Assembly (NCBI GenBank): GCA_937877075.1
Contig: CALEGD010000005.1
Location: 1-62,654 of the forward strand
Length of the DNA: 62,654 nucleotides
Origin: an uncultured Acholeplasmatales bacterium
GTDB lineage: Bacteria; Bacillota_I; Bacilli_A; ML615J-28; CAG-698
Reading direction: 5' to 3'
Each line of letters begins with the position of its first letter. Position 1 is the stretch's first letter. The notes beneath the pieces are model-generated. The model was not told where the DNA came from. It searched no databases and was given only the letters and a program-made list of their open reading frames with translations. Both the position numbers and the translations under genes were made by a program. Below, piece by piece: positions 46,801-55,942 of the stretch.

Positions 46801-48252
46801 AGTTTCAATACCGAAGCTTATAAAAAAACTTATTATGATAGATTTTATAGTAATGAATTTTTGCCGACAAGAGAAAGAGATCTTACTCTTGAATGGGGAG
46901 AAGGTTATTTTGTTGGTGAAGATAAGATTTTAATTGAAACTGAAACTGCAATGGAGAATTCTCCTTATGCCTATACTACAAATCCTATTAATGACGGTTG
47001 GGTTTTGGCGAGAAATAGAGACGGTTATACGATGAGAACCCGTCATGATCATACGAATTATTTAGGTCAGAATGAAATTGCACCGACCCTAAATTATAAA
47101 CTTTATATCAATGAACCTGGTGTTTATAATGTTTGGTTATTACAAAACGCACCTATGCCTTCATCCTCAACCTTTACTTTATCGGTAAATAATATCGAAC
47201 GATTAAGGGTTCGCGGACTCTTTAATTATTCAACCGAAGAGGTTTTTACATGGAAGAAGGTCGGGTCGATAGTATTAGTGGACGGTCAACAAACCCTCAA
47301 TATATTAGCCAATAATACCGGCTTTATAATTGATAAAATTTATCTGACCAAAACATCGGAGAACCCCAGTAATTCAAAGCCTTATCCAACTGTGAGGGCA
47401 TCATATTTAGGAAATATTAATCAGAAGAAAAAGCTGCTTGACGCTTTAATTATGTATAATGATGTGGATAATATCGCGGTTGGTACAGAGGTAGGAACTT
47501 ATAATATGCAAGCAAAAACCGCCTTTCTAGAAAGTTATAACGAAGTAGTAAGGCTTTATAGTTCAATTGAAGCTTTAGATAATGAAGTTGTTGATGAAGC
47601 AATCCTCGACTTAGGAAATAAACATGGAGTTCTGATTAACTCTCAAGTAAAAGTTGATGGTACCGGTCACGAATATATATTGTATGAAGACTTTAGCTTG
47701 TATCATACCGGTTATCGACCCTTTAACTTAAAAACTAATCTAATTGACGGAAGTCCTAATATTAGGGTTTATCGGGACGGTGATTCGCAGTTTTTATCTG
47801 TCAGAACTTTTGCCGAGCAACAACATTTAGTTCAAAAAGCAAAATTGTATTATGATTTTCTAGAAACAATTGATGGTAAGTTTGTTGTTGAAACAAGAAC
47901 AAGCTTTAACGAAGCTATTTGGGGCTATGCAGTTTATCTTCAAGATGCAAATCACAGTAATGCTGTTTCTGTTGCTTTTGAGAATTCTAACGGAAATAAA
48001 AACATCGTTGCCTATGACGGAAATATTAAACGTGTAATTGGAAAATTTAAATTGAATGAATTCGTAGATATTAGAGTAGAAGTTGATACGATCAAACAAA
48101 AATTCAATGTCTATATAAATAATGAACTGGCTACAGATTATAGTTTTAACTTTAGAAATAAAATTTCAGAAATTAAATATTTTATGTTTGGTTCAACGGT
48201 AATTGATTCGAAATTACAATATGAATATATGAAAGTTTATCAGGAAAATTAG
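43852..48252 (+). CDS. GH115-family alpha-glucuronidase lipoprotein with long C-terminal extensions
   Basis: Lipobox VSAC. IIGSDKRGTIFGTYKVS..IGVSPW.FW, YRGIFINDEE and LLLRLNANYIWPAMH are GH115 hallmarks. The last ~190 aa form a LamG-like module related to those of the 39002 protein. The start could be ATG 43855. Confidence 0.8.
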   Translation: MMKVFKKILGLLLVLSLSLLVSACFNGNKSEENEIGFSLINEGEAVKILVDGENEIGSTSGDYPGVVRAASDLQEDIESVTTKKPIVFSSKEELSKDEFVIIIGSLEKSKIIQELIENKKISVTDIEDKWETYSHQLIDDPFNDGSVKTALVIIGSDKRGTIFGTYKVSSLIGVSPWAFWVDQEPNFLENYFFEKGYYHFQDEPTVQYRGIFINDEEELVQWGLNYDNQTRMGPNVYEKIFELLLRLNANYIWPAMHQITDAFNDFEGNRIMADYYGIVVGTSHPDMLMRNNDNEWDSFVARYRKENNYFGPIEYDYTVSPEIIRQYWRECVRMYKDYEVQWTLGMRGKHDEGFTAVNIDSAPWYGDDVMLLEQIIEDQRQILREELNNPTLEDVFMVFIPYKEVLNIYNKGLEVPDDVTIVWVDDNHGFIRRLSNPKERERSGGSGVYYHNSYWGPDDESYLWLNSFPFTLMYEEMNKAIKYKAVKNWVLNVGDIKPGELSMDFYLSYAYDADKYDSSNVYDFMDEWTRREFGEEYIDDLKSIVKRFGNYTNVSKLEQIKVDLFTNTHYSDEWEKRMAKYQILLDDAETLFETLPTHKKPAYYQYVLYQVRQAYYRNAEFYYADKAETASLYGANATAHNSFEMSRYFHELSQYENSYYTNVLSDGKWNGLIEPYRFMPPVAAGLAESGAYLEIKNGGGVIVEGESFLKDSYELKFYKYSKGRKFIDVFNSGILPFEFEATTNRSWIKISETTGEVVDETRLWVEIDWDKSPAGVSTGEVTVNYHYGTKKIKIIINNDNIELPEKTYLEQDGYVSIELEHYSDERKTPSAYYEVIKDLGRIEGDMVRGVSDYLVGFSAFEYLEKAPYLEYNVHFLSKGTFDAEVYRLPTLDAKGKIRFAVQVDNQKPIILEGVNDSGVGSFDWEDGIFQQIFKHQFRISINEAGLHKIKLYMIDSYLTFDKMVFYTEGHPDSYLGPDESYNSSFNTEAYKKTYYDRFYSNEFLPTRERDLTLEWGEGYFVGEDKILIETETAMENSPYAYTTNPINDGWVLARNRDGYTMRTRHDHTNYLGQNEIAPTLNYKLYINEPGVYNVWLLQNAPMPSSSTFTLSVNNIERLRVRGLFNYSTEEVFTWKKVGSIVLVDGQQTLNILANNTGFIIDKIYLTKTSENPSNSKPYPTVRASYLGNINQKKKLLDALIMYNDVDNIAVGTEVGTYNMQAKTAFLESYNEVVRLYSSIEALDNEVVDEAILDLGNKHGVLINSQVKVDGTGHEYILYEDFSLYHTGYRPFNLKTNLIDGSPNIRVYRDGDSQFLSVRTFAEQQHLVQKAKLYYDFLETIDGKFVVETRTSFNEAIWGYAVYLQDANHSNAVSVAFENSNGNKNIVAYDGNIKRVIGKFKLNEFVDIRVEVDTIKQKFNVYINNELATDYSFNFRNKISEIKYFMFGSTVIDSKLQYEYMKVYQEN

Positions 48253-48261
48253 GAGGCAAGT

Positions 48262-49242
48262 GTGAAAGATTTTAATAAAAGATTTTTAATATTAATTATT
48301 CTATTAGCTTCTAGTTTTCTGTTAATTGCATGTAAGGGAGAAAAGATTATCATTTCAAGCACTGCAAATAAAACTATTGCTGGTGAGACAGTGGCAATAA
48401 TTCCTAAAATCAATACCGATAAGGAGTATTCAATTTCTTGGTTTGAAAAGAAAGATGATGCCGATTGGCTTGATCTTGAAAATGAAAATGAGATATTGTA
48501 TGTAATAGACAACTATGGTGGGAAGTACTCCTATAAAGCAGTTCTGACTACAGAGGGCAAAGTTTATGAAAGTAATGTTGTTGATATAGAAATGGTTGAT
48601 ATGACAGGAGCAACCTTGGGACATAGTCCTATTGGACTTCTGGCAACAGCTAACATTGATTATAGTTATGATACCGGAGAAGCAGGATCAAAAATCATTC
48701 ATCAACCTGCCAATTCTGTTTTACATCAATATGCTTATTTCAAAGAAGTATACGGAATTAGATATGCTGTATCAGTAGATGTCGATTTAGTATCGATTAA
48801 TGGTTCCGAGCCTTATCCAAAGTCTGGAATACTAGCAGCTAGATTAAATGATAATATGATCTATTTTGCCTTTGATGCTCGTCCGACCTATGATTTTGGC
48901 GATCTTGTCATAGTAAATCATACTCCTTCCGATGGCGGTACTTGGAAATGGCCAGGAATAGTTTATAATATTCCCGGTTTAAGATTTAGGGATGGAATCG
49001 GCAACAGAATTAAAAACAAACTAACCGTGGTTAGGAATGTTGAAGATTTCTACTTCTTAATTAATGATAAATTCTTAACTCATATCAACTATCCGGGATT
49101 AAGTCAACCAACATTAGCAGGTACTTATACAATGGGACAAAATACTGAATTTAGTAATTACTTTGCTTATGTAGACGATCCCAATGATACAAATGATCAA
49201 TATGATTCTGTTTTAAAATCAGTCTTAGATTTAATGGGTTAA
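48262..49242 (+). CDS. small lipoprotein carrying one copy of the NDxYPKxG-type beta-jelly-roll module
   Basis: GTG start 5 nt after AGGAGG. Lipobox LIAC. YAYFKEVYGIRYAVSVDVDLVSINGSEPYPKSGIL...W.WPG...KLTVVRNVEDFYFLINDKF parallels modules in the 34270 and 59334 proteins. Confidence 0.6.
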   Translation: MKDFNKRFLILIILLASSFLLIACKGEKIIISSTANKTIAGETVAIIPKINTDKEYSISWFEKKDDADWLDLENENEILYVIDNYGGKYSYKAVLTTEGKVYESNVVDIEMVDMTGATLGHSPIGLLATANIDYSYDTGEAGSKIIHQPANSVLHQYAYFKEVYGIRYAVSVDVDLVSINGSEPYPKSGILAARLNDNMIYFAFDARPTYDFGDLVIVNHTPSDGGTWKWPGIVYNIPGLRFRDGIGNRIKNKLTVVRNVEDFYFLINDKFLTHINYPGLSQPTLAGTYTMGQNTEFSNYFAYVDDPNDTNDQYDSVLKSVLDLMG

Positions 49243-49250
49243 TAGCAAAA

Positions 49251-49284
49251 AAATCCCTTTAGAAATTATCTTCTATAGGGATTT
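49251..49284 (+). terminator. weak hairpin between the 48262 gene and the GH31 gene (possible partial terminator)
   Basis: AAATCCCT/AGGGATTT 8-bp stem with an 18-nt loop and a short T-run. Confidence 0.3.
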
Positions 49285-49325
49285 TAATGCTGTTTGATGT
49301 GATAAAAAATACGGAGGAAATTTTT

Positions 49326-52300
49326 TTGAATAGAATAATAAAAAGAATTGCAATTTTCTTATTATTTTTAACCGTCGGTGTAGGGTTATTACCAATTAAT
49401 CTTCGCGCAACAAATTCTATTGGAGATGTGTATTCATTTGAACAGGAGGGAAATATCTTGATTTTTAATAGCGGAATAAATCAAGTTAAAGTGGAATTAT
49501 GTACCGAAAGGACAGTTAGGATTCAACTTTCCAGAAACAGTGATGATGGGTATCGCCCTTATGATGTTCAATATTATATGGTGCAGAAAAACGCCTGGCC
49601 GACAGTGGAGCGTGCTATTACGGATGAGGGAAATTATTATTCGGTAAAAACGAATAACCTTGAAGTTCGGATTCAAAAACAACCTCTAAGAATCGGTATG
49701 TATGACTTAGAGGGCAATCTGATTTCTAAAGATAGTGATGAAACTGGAATGCACTGGAACAACAATACTGTAGGTGTCCGTAAAGAAGAAAATTTAACTA
49801 ATTCCGGTGGAATCTTCGGATTTGGTTCGGGAGATCATGGTAGACGGGAAAATTTAAATAGATATAATGAAGATTTTAATGAATTTTCGATGTCTCACGG
49901 ACGGGTTATATCGCCTTTCTTTATGAGTACGGTCGGCTATGGTATTTTTCTAAATACTATTGAAAAGAACACAATATTCTTTAGTAAAGGATCCGGTTTC
50001 CAAACCGAAGGTTATCTTGATTATTTTTTTATGTTTGGTCCGGACTTTAAAACTATTCAGAATGAATATGCGGAAGTTACCGGGAGAATGGAATTATACG
50101 GTAAGTGGGCACATGGTTTTATGTTATCGAAATATGGAAATGATAATGCCACACAAGCAGAGTTCTTAGAATGGTTACATAGACTACGCGATGAAGGCTA
50201 TCCAACCGACTCTTATGTGTTTGATTATGGCTGGCGCGGAGATGTAAGTGATAACGGTGGAAATCAAACTGGAGCCGGAGAAAAATGGGGAAAACAGATG
50301 TGGAGTAATGACATCACTAAGTTCCCCGATATCGATGCCATGCTTGAAGAAGCCAGAGACCTAGGCTTTCGTATTGGATTGCATAATAATGCCGGTACAC
50401 CGGAAGCAAGCGGAGGAGACAAACTTTATCTGGAAGAGTATGAGAGAATCTGGGTTGAATCATATATGAACAGCGTAATCAAGACCGGCTATGGTGATTG
50501 GTTCTGGCCTGATGAATTTGATGTATTGGGCTCTAATACTGCCCCGGTATTTTCTTCAAAAGGAGCTTATGAAGCTTGGAAAGAATATACGGTAGAATCA
50601 CGGCCGATGTTTATTACTCGTGGAAGCTACGCCGGTCATCATTATGCAACAGCTTGGAGCGGTGATATTAATAATACTTCGGCGGAACTGATAAATCAAA
50701 TCGGCTTTAGTTTAGATGCTGGATTAATTGGTTATTGGGCATCTTCAAATGATCTTGGCGGATTTATGAAAAAACCGACGGATGAACTATATACCAGGTG
50801 GGTAGCACAATTTGGTGCTTGGAGCGGAATTATGCGCGCTCATGGACATGATGGGCGCGAACCTTGGTTGTATGATAATACTGCTCAGGAGACTTTAAAA
50901 GAGAATTTAAGAATTCGTTATTCGCTCTACCCATATATTTATAATATGGCTTGGCAAGGTTATCGTGAGGGAGTACCGATGATGAGAGCAATGATTCTTG
51001 AAGACGGCAGTCAATACAATCCCGATGCATGGGATTTGAATAAACAGTATTATTTCGGGGACTGGTTCTTAGTCGCACCGGCTGCTGATACATCCGATAC
51101 AGTGGTATCCGTTTGGCTTCCGCCGGAAACAACTTGGTATAATTATTATACAGGAAAACGTTATGAAGGCGGAAGAGACGGAAAAACCATTACTGTAGCC
51201 GCTCCTTTAGAAGAAATACCTGTTTTTGTAAAAGCGGGAGCTATTATTCCAATGGGCCCGAATGTTAACTATGTGGATGAAGTACCTCTAGATCCTTTAA
51301 CTTTAGATATTTACCCATTAGGAACAACGACCTATACATTACACGAAGACGATGGCTTAAGTAGAAAATATCTTACTGAAAATGCCTACTCTACTACAAC
51401 TTATACAAGTATAGAAGACGGTAATAATATCTTATTTAAAATCGCTCCTCGTATAGATTATAATCCTGAAGCTTATCAACCGGATGCCAGGTCTTATAAT
51501 TTGAAGTTTAATCATCTTGGTCTGATTCACGCTGTTACCTTGAATGGTAATAATATGAATCGAGTTTATAGCCTTGATGATTATAATAATGCAGAGGAAG
51601 CCTACTGGTTAGATGAAGCTAATGAAGTATTGTATGTAAAGGTTGTTGATAACGCTCAAGAGATGACTATTTCTATTGACTCCGATGGAATTAGGAAACC
51701 CGAAGCTGGGGAAGAAAATCAAGGCATGCCACCAAAACGTATTGAAAGCGGAGATTTATTTGAACTTGAAGAAGCAACTTTCTTACCGGTAGTCGGTGGT
51801 CAAGTTGAAGCAAATAACGAATGGAAGGGTTATACTGGAAGTGGATTTGCGAAAGGATTCAAATTAGAGGGGGATGCGCTTGAGTTTAAGGTCAATATAG
51901 TTCGGGACGGTACTTATAGCCTAATACTTCGGGTCAATAACGGAAAGAAAAACAATCCGTTATATGACAGTACACCACGAACGGGGGGGTTGTATATCAA
52001 TGGAGAAAAAGTTAGCGGGCTTTCATTTACGGTTACTGATACCTGGGGAGACAGCAATAAAAATGGCATTTGGTTAAGTTATAAATTAGAAAATATCAAT
52101 TTAAAATCAGGAATGCATAATATTAAGATTGTTTCAGAAGGTCCAAACCCGGGTAATTATAATCTTGACTCCATAAAATTTGAAAGACTTGATACATCGA
52201 TTGATGCATTTAGTAATATTGAAGCGGAAAAGGCTGCAAGATTAAATAATCTGGTATTGCAAACCGAAGAAGAAGCAACATACATCTCTACTACAAATTC

Positions 52301-54188
52301 GGGTGCTTGGGCTCAGTTCAATGAAGTTAGAGGCCATAATAAAGCCGGAATTAGAATAAGATTAAAGAGTTCAACTGGTGGAAGTATTATTATTTATGAA
52401 AACGGAGTGGGAGATAAAATCCTATCTACGGTGGAATTGCCTAATGATAATAAATGGACAATTGTTGATGTAAATTGCAAAGATACCGATGCAGTTGAAA
52501 GTAATATTTATTTTGAGTTTATAGCCTTACAAGGAGAAAGTATAGATGTTTCTGTAGACTGGTTTGGTTTTGTTAGAAAAGTTAATGCTTATGAAAAAAT
52601 AAATGCAGCCTTAGCCGATTATAGAGAAGATGTTAATGTTCGAGATAATAGACTTGTTAATATCTATGACGGAAGTTGGGTAAGATTTGATGACTTTGAT
52701 TTTGGAGACGGCGGAGTTAAAACTATCCTTGTTACTGCCGCTACTCAACGTCCCGGTGGAACTATCAGTATCTATATTGATGATATGAATTCAGGAATTA
52801 AGATTGGTGAAGTAGAAATCACATCAACAGGTTCATGGACATCTACCAAGAGGTTTCTCGGAGATATTGATAATATTACGGGTATCCATGACATTTACTT
52901 TAAGTTTAACACATCAACTGGACAAGCGATATGCGACCTTTTTGATTTTCGATTTTCTAAAAATAATATCACAGTAGACTCGGAAGTAAAGGGCAGTAAT
53001 ATCTCAATTCAAGTTAGTGATGATATGGCAAACGCCGGAACAACGGTAATTTTCCAATTAGTCGGGAAAACAGAAAGAGATGAAATAGATTATATTGAAG
53101 TTAAAGATTCACTCGGGAATATTATAGAATATAATATGATTTCTGATATTAGGTATTCAATAGTAATCCCTGAAAATGTTCCGGTAAAGATTTCTGTCAA
53201 GGTATCAGATAAACCGGTGGTTGTTGAAACGGGTAGTGTTTTAGAATTAGAAGACGGTACAGGAATTACCAATGATTCAAATAATGGTTTACGTATTGAT
53301 AAGGAGTGGCCGGGATATTCCGGTTCCGGATATGTTGCCGGTTGGAAAACGGTTGGAAATTATGTTGAAGTTAGAGTTGAAATAAAAGAAACCGGAATGT
53401 ACACTTTAATCCTTAGAGGGGCAGCCGGTTTAAAGAATGAATCCAAATATGATTTAAATCCACGGACCGGTGCATTATATATAGATAATTTTAAGGTGGG
53501 TGAATTTGGGCTTCAAGTTCAAAACCACTGGGGTACATGGATTGAATATACCTTCGATCCGATTCACATTGAAGCAGGAATAAGAACAATCAGATTGGTT
53601 TCGGAGGGAAATGTTAATCCAGGTAATTACAACCTCGATCGACTAACCTTCAAGAATGGTAATGTAGTTAATAAAGCCAAACTAAAGAAATTAATTGAAG
53701 AAGTAAATAATTTAGATGAAATTAACTATACCTTTACCAGCTGGACTTCTTTACAGAACATACTAGTAAACAGTATTGCTGTTTTTAATAACGAAAGTGT
53801 CACTCAAACTCAAATTGATGAAGCATACTTTAATTTACTTTCCGCTAAAATTAATCTTGAAGAAAAAGAAATAATTTCAAAATTTGAACTTCATGTTTTA
53901 ATTGCAGAATTAATGAGTTTAAATGATGGGGATTATTCGGAAGAAACTTGGTCTGACTTACAAAATGCATTAGATTTTAGTTTTAATATCTATTATGAGG
54001 ACAATGCAACTGATGACCAAATTTATGAAGCTTATCAAAAACTTTTGAATGCACAAAATAATCTAGAAGAATTAGAAGTCGAAGAAGAACCGAAAAAACA
54101 ATCAAAATGGTGGATCTGGACAATCTGTATTATAATCACTGGTGGTATAGGAGCGACCGGAATGGCTATGTTTAGACGAAAAAAATAA
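49326..54188 (+). CDS. giant GH31 alpha-glycosidase with CBM35/CBM6-like and FIVAR-like domains and a C-terminal transmembrane anchor
   Basis: GH31 motifs: YVFDYGWRGD, DWFWPDEFD (nucleophile region), AWSGDINNT and SSNDLGGF (acid/base region). Two paralogous CBM35-like modules (W.GY(T/S)GSG(F/Y)..G....G....V.....G.Y.L.LR...G ... PGNYNLD). Two CBM6-like modules. C-terminal KWWIWTICIIITGGIGATGMAMFRRKK. A TTG start at 49326 lies 8 nt after GGAGG and is preferred over ATG 49287, which abuts the hairpin. Confidence 0.8.
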   Translation: MNRIIKRIAIFLLFLTVGVGLLPINLRATNSIGDVYSFEQEGNILIFNSGINQVKVELCTERTVRIQLSRNSDDGYRPYDVQYYMVQKNAWPTVERAITDEGNYYSVKTNNLEVRIQKQPLRIGMYDLEGNLISKDSDETGMHWNNNTVGVRKEENLTNSGGIFGFGSGDHGRRENLNRYNEDFNEFSMSHGRVISPFFMSTVGYGIFLNTIEKNTIFFSKGSGFQTEGYLDYFFMFGPDFKTIQNEYAEVTGRMELYGKWAHGFMLSKYGNDNATQAEFLEWLHRLRDEGYPTDSYVFDYGWRGDVSDNGGNQTGAGEKWGKQMWSNDITKFPDIDAMLEEARDLGFRIGLHNNAGTPEASGGDKLYLEEYERIWVESYMNSVIKTGYGDWFWPDEFDVLGSNTAPVFSSKGAYEAWKEYTVESRPMFITRGSYAGHHYATAWSGDINNTSAELINQIGFSLDAGLIGYWASSNDLGGFMKKPTDELYTRWVAQFGAWSGIMRAHGHDGREPWLYDNTAQETLKENLRIRYSLYPYIYNMAWQGYREGVPMMRAMILEDGSQYNPDAWDLNKQYYFGDWFLVAPAADTSDTVVSVWLPPETTWYNYYTGKRYEGGRDGKTITVAAPLEEIPVFVKAGAIIPMGPNVNYVDEVPLDPLTLDIYPLGTTTYTLHEDDGLSRKYLTENAYSTTTYTSIEDGNNILFKIAPRIDYNPEAYQPDARSYNLKFNHLGLIHAVTLNGNNMNRVYSLDDYNNAEEAYWLDEANEVLYVKVVDNAQEMTISIDSDGIRKPEAGEENQGMPPKRIESGDLFELEEATFLPVVGGQVEANNEWKGYTGSGFAKGFKLEGDALEFKVNIVRDGTYSLILRVNNGKKNNPLYDSTPRTGGLYINGEKVSGLSFTVTDTWGDSNKNGIWLSYKLENINLKSGMHNIKIVSEGPNPGNYNLDSIKFERLDTSIDAFSNIEAEKAARLNNLVLQTEEEATYISTTNSGAWAQFNEVRGHNKAGIRIRLKSSTGGSIIIYENGVGDKILSTVELPNDNKWTIVDVNCKDTDAVESNIYFEFIALQGESIDVSVDWFGFVRKVNAYEKINAALADYREDVNVRDNRLVNIYDGSWVRFDDFDFGDGGVKTILVTAATQRPGGTISIYIDDMNSGIKIGEVEITSTGSWTSTKRFLGDIDNITGIHDIYFKFNTSTGQAICDLFDFRFSKNNITVDSEVKGSNISIQVSDDMANAGTTVIFQLVGKTERDEIDYIEVKDSLGNIIEYNMISDIRYSIVIPENVPVKISVKVSDKPVVVETGSVLELEDGTGITNDSNNGLRIDKEWPGYSGSGYVAGWKTVGNYVEVRVEIKETGMYTLILRGAAGLKNESKYDLNPRTGALYIDNFKVGEFGLQVQNHWGTWIEYTFDPIHIEAGIRTIRLVSEGNVNPGNYNLDRLTFKNGNVVNKAKLKKLIEEVNNLDEINYTFTSWTSLQNILVNSIAVFNNESVTQTQIDEAYFNLLSAKINLEEKEIISKFELHVLIAELMSLNDGDYSEETWSDLQNALDFSFNIYYEDNATDDQIYEAYQKLLNAQNNLEELEVEEEPKKQSKWWIWTICIIITGGIGATGMAMFRRKK

Positions 54189-54209
54189 AATTGTTAAATA
54201 TATGTTTCT

Positions 54210-54240
54210 CAGCTCTTAAATACATAAAATTTAAGAGCTG
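54210..54240 (+). terminator. terminator hairpin ending operon B
   Basis: CAGCTCTTAAA-tacataaaa-TTTAAGAGCTG, a perfect 11-bp stem. Confidence 0.6.
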
Positions 54241-54292
54241 AAAACTATTTTTAAATAATAAATCAATATATGGTGTCTAAAATAAAATATTA

Positions 54293-54343
54293 GGTTGACA
54301 TTAACCTTAATGTAATGTAAAATATATGTATACAAACGTTTAC
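54293..54343 (+). promoter_or_regulatory. copy 2 of the duplicated promoter-operator cassette (TTGACA-17-TAAAAT plus TACAAACGTTTAC)
   Basis: 48/51 identity with 37693-37743. TTGACA at 54295-54300, TAAAAT at 54318-54323. Confidence 0.65.
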
Positions 54344-54433
54344 CATTGTGAATAATTTTTTAGTATTATACTTAACGATATTGATTAATCCCTGTAGAAA
54401 TTGATACTGTATAGGATTATTATTGATTTACTA

Positions 54434-54447
54434 CATTATCGTTAATG
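54434..54447. promoter_or_regulatory. operator-like site CATTATCGTTAATG (13/14 match to the 28771 palindrome)
   Basis: Lies in the ~165-nt leader of the ABC operon, followed by the inverted repeat ATAACCgatGGTTAT (54451-54465). Confidence 0.5.
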
Positions 54448-54492
54448 TGTATAACCGATGGTTATCGATACTTTTTTTAGGAGGAAAAATAG

Positions 54493-55929
54493 ATGTATAA
54501 AAAAGTATTAATTTTCATCTTCGTTTTATTGGGTGCATTTTTCTTGACTGCATGTGGTGGTGAAGAAGATCCTTTAAAAGAAGGTAAGATTGAAATCGAT
54601 TTTTGGGGTTGGGGAGACAAATTAGAAGTAGAAGTGTTTAGAGGCTTAGTTGATCTCTTCAATCAAACAAATGAAGAGGTATATGTAAATTATGTACAAA
54701 AACCTGCTGCTTCTTATGAAAGCTCTATGGAACAAATCCTTTCCGGTACCAGAGCTCCGGATATATTTTATGTCGGAGACGGAAGCCTGAAAAAATGGGT
54801 GGAATTAGACTTTTTATATGATATTTCTGAATTAGTCGATAATAGTGAAGTTATTGACTTAGAAGATATTTGGCCGGAAGCAATTAAAAGATATCGTTAT
54901 GATAAAACAACTAAATTATCGGTTGAAGATGCACCGTTATATGCATTACCAAAAGACATTGGACCGACAGTAGTTTATTATAATATAGATGCTTTAAATG
55001 AGGTTGGCGTTACAGTGATCAGCAAAGATCTTGATGATCCGACAATTACTGATGATGAGAAGTTCGGATATAATATTGAAAATAAAATTTTCAATAATCG
55101 GATTCCGATGACTTGGGAAGAAACCGAAGCTCTTTCCTATTTACTTACAAAATCTCACAATCCTTCATCGCCTACAACCTATGGTTATTATACCGAATGG
55201 TGGTTTAACTATGTTTGGAGTATCGGCGGAGATGTTGCAGAACTAAACGATGAAGGTTATTATGAGTTTGCTTTGGGAAAGACTGAAAAGAACACTTCTG
55301 ATACCGGCGTTGAGCTTCCTTCAAACCGTGAAGCATTCAAACATTTTGTAGACTTATCAACAGTTCACGGAACTTCGCCAAAACCAAATACAATTAATAC
55401 AACCGGTAAAACTAATTATTTTACTTCCGGTAAAGTTGCGATGATGGTTGATGGAAGATGGTCGGTTGTTACAGTTAGAAGGGATGCGAAATTTGATTGG
55501 GACGTTGCACCACTTCCGGTGCACAAAGACGGAATTCCGGCTGGACATAGCGGATCAATGGGATTTGGAATTTGGAAAAAATCAAAGAAAGTTGAAGCTG
55601 CTTTCAGCTTCATGGAGTTTATGGCAGGACCGGAAGGTCAATCAACTCAAGCTGAGACAGGCTTTAATATTCCAAACCAAATCAGTGTTGCGAATACCGA
55701 CGTATTCCTACAATCCGATAAAAAACCTGCGAATGCAAGAGCTTTTATTGAAGCCGCTAGTTACCAAAAAGCAGGAGACTGGGCGATGTTACCTGATAAA
55801 GCTTGGATTAATATTTGGGCACCTACATTAAATGGTTCAGTATTGAATGGTGATATGAACTTGGACGAATTCTTCTCAAGATTTACAGAGAAAACAGATG
55901 AATTATTAAGAAATTATATAAATAAGTAA
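54493..55929 (+). CDS. ABC transporter sugar-binding lipoprotein (CUT1 / family-1 SBP)
   Basis: RBS AGGAGG. Lipobox LTACGG. I.FWGWGD start, DIFYVGDG, LPKD.GP.V.YYN and GKVAM..DGRW motifs of MalE/MsmE-like binding proteins. Confidence 0.85.
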   Translation: MYKKVLIFIFVLLGAFFLTACGGEEDPLKEGKIEIDFWGWGDKLEVEVFRGLVDLFNQTNEEVYVNYVQKPAASYESSMEQILSGTRAPDIFYVGDGSLKKWVELDFLYDISELVDNSEVIDLEDIWPEAIKRYRYDKTTKLSVEDAPLYALPKDIGPTVVYYNIDALNEVGVTVISKDLDDPTITDDEKFGYNIENKIFNNRIPMTWEETEALSYLLTKSHNPSSPTTYGYYTEWWFNYVWSIGGDVAELNDEGYYEFALGKTEKNTSDTGVELPSNREAFKHFVDLSTVHGTSPKPNTINTTGKTNYFTSGKVAMMVDGRWSVVTVRRDAKFDWDVAPLPVHKDGIPAGHSGSMGFGIWKKSKKVEAAFSFMEFMAGPEGQSTQAETGFNIPNQISVANTDVFLQSDKKPANARAFIEAASYQKAGDWAMLPDKAWINIWAPTLNGSVLNGDMNLDEFFSRFTEKTDELLRNYINK

Positions 55930-55942
55930 CGAGGTAATTTAG

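Noticed and set aside
49287-49325. ATG 49287, the ORF-track start of the GH31 gene.
   Set aside because: It directly abuts the upstream hairpin and has no RBS. The TTG at 49326 is in frame, lies 8 nt downstream of GGAGG and begins the signal/anchor sequence (NRIIKRIAIFLLFL..). The choice remains unverified.
55448-55831. A 127-aa alternative-frame ORF inside the sugar-binding-protein gene. Similar embedded or antisense ORFs include 16707-17027, 10158-10388, 60270-60611 (-), 20987-21298 (-), 27533-27841 (-), 24477-24680 (-) and 549-746 (+, antisense to purB).
   Set aside because: All lie wholly inside, or antisense to, much longer ORFs that have clear family motifs. They have no RBS, show odd composition (Cys/Arg/Ser-rich or low complexity) and carry no recognisable motifs. 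24477-24680 overlaps the T-box leader.
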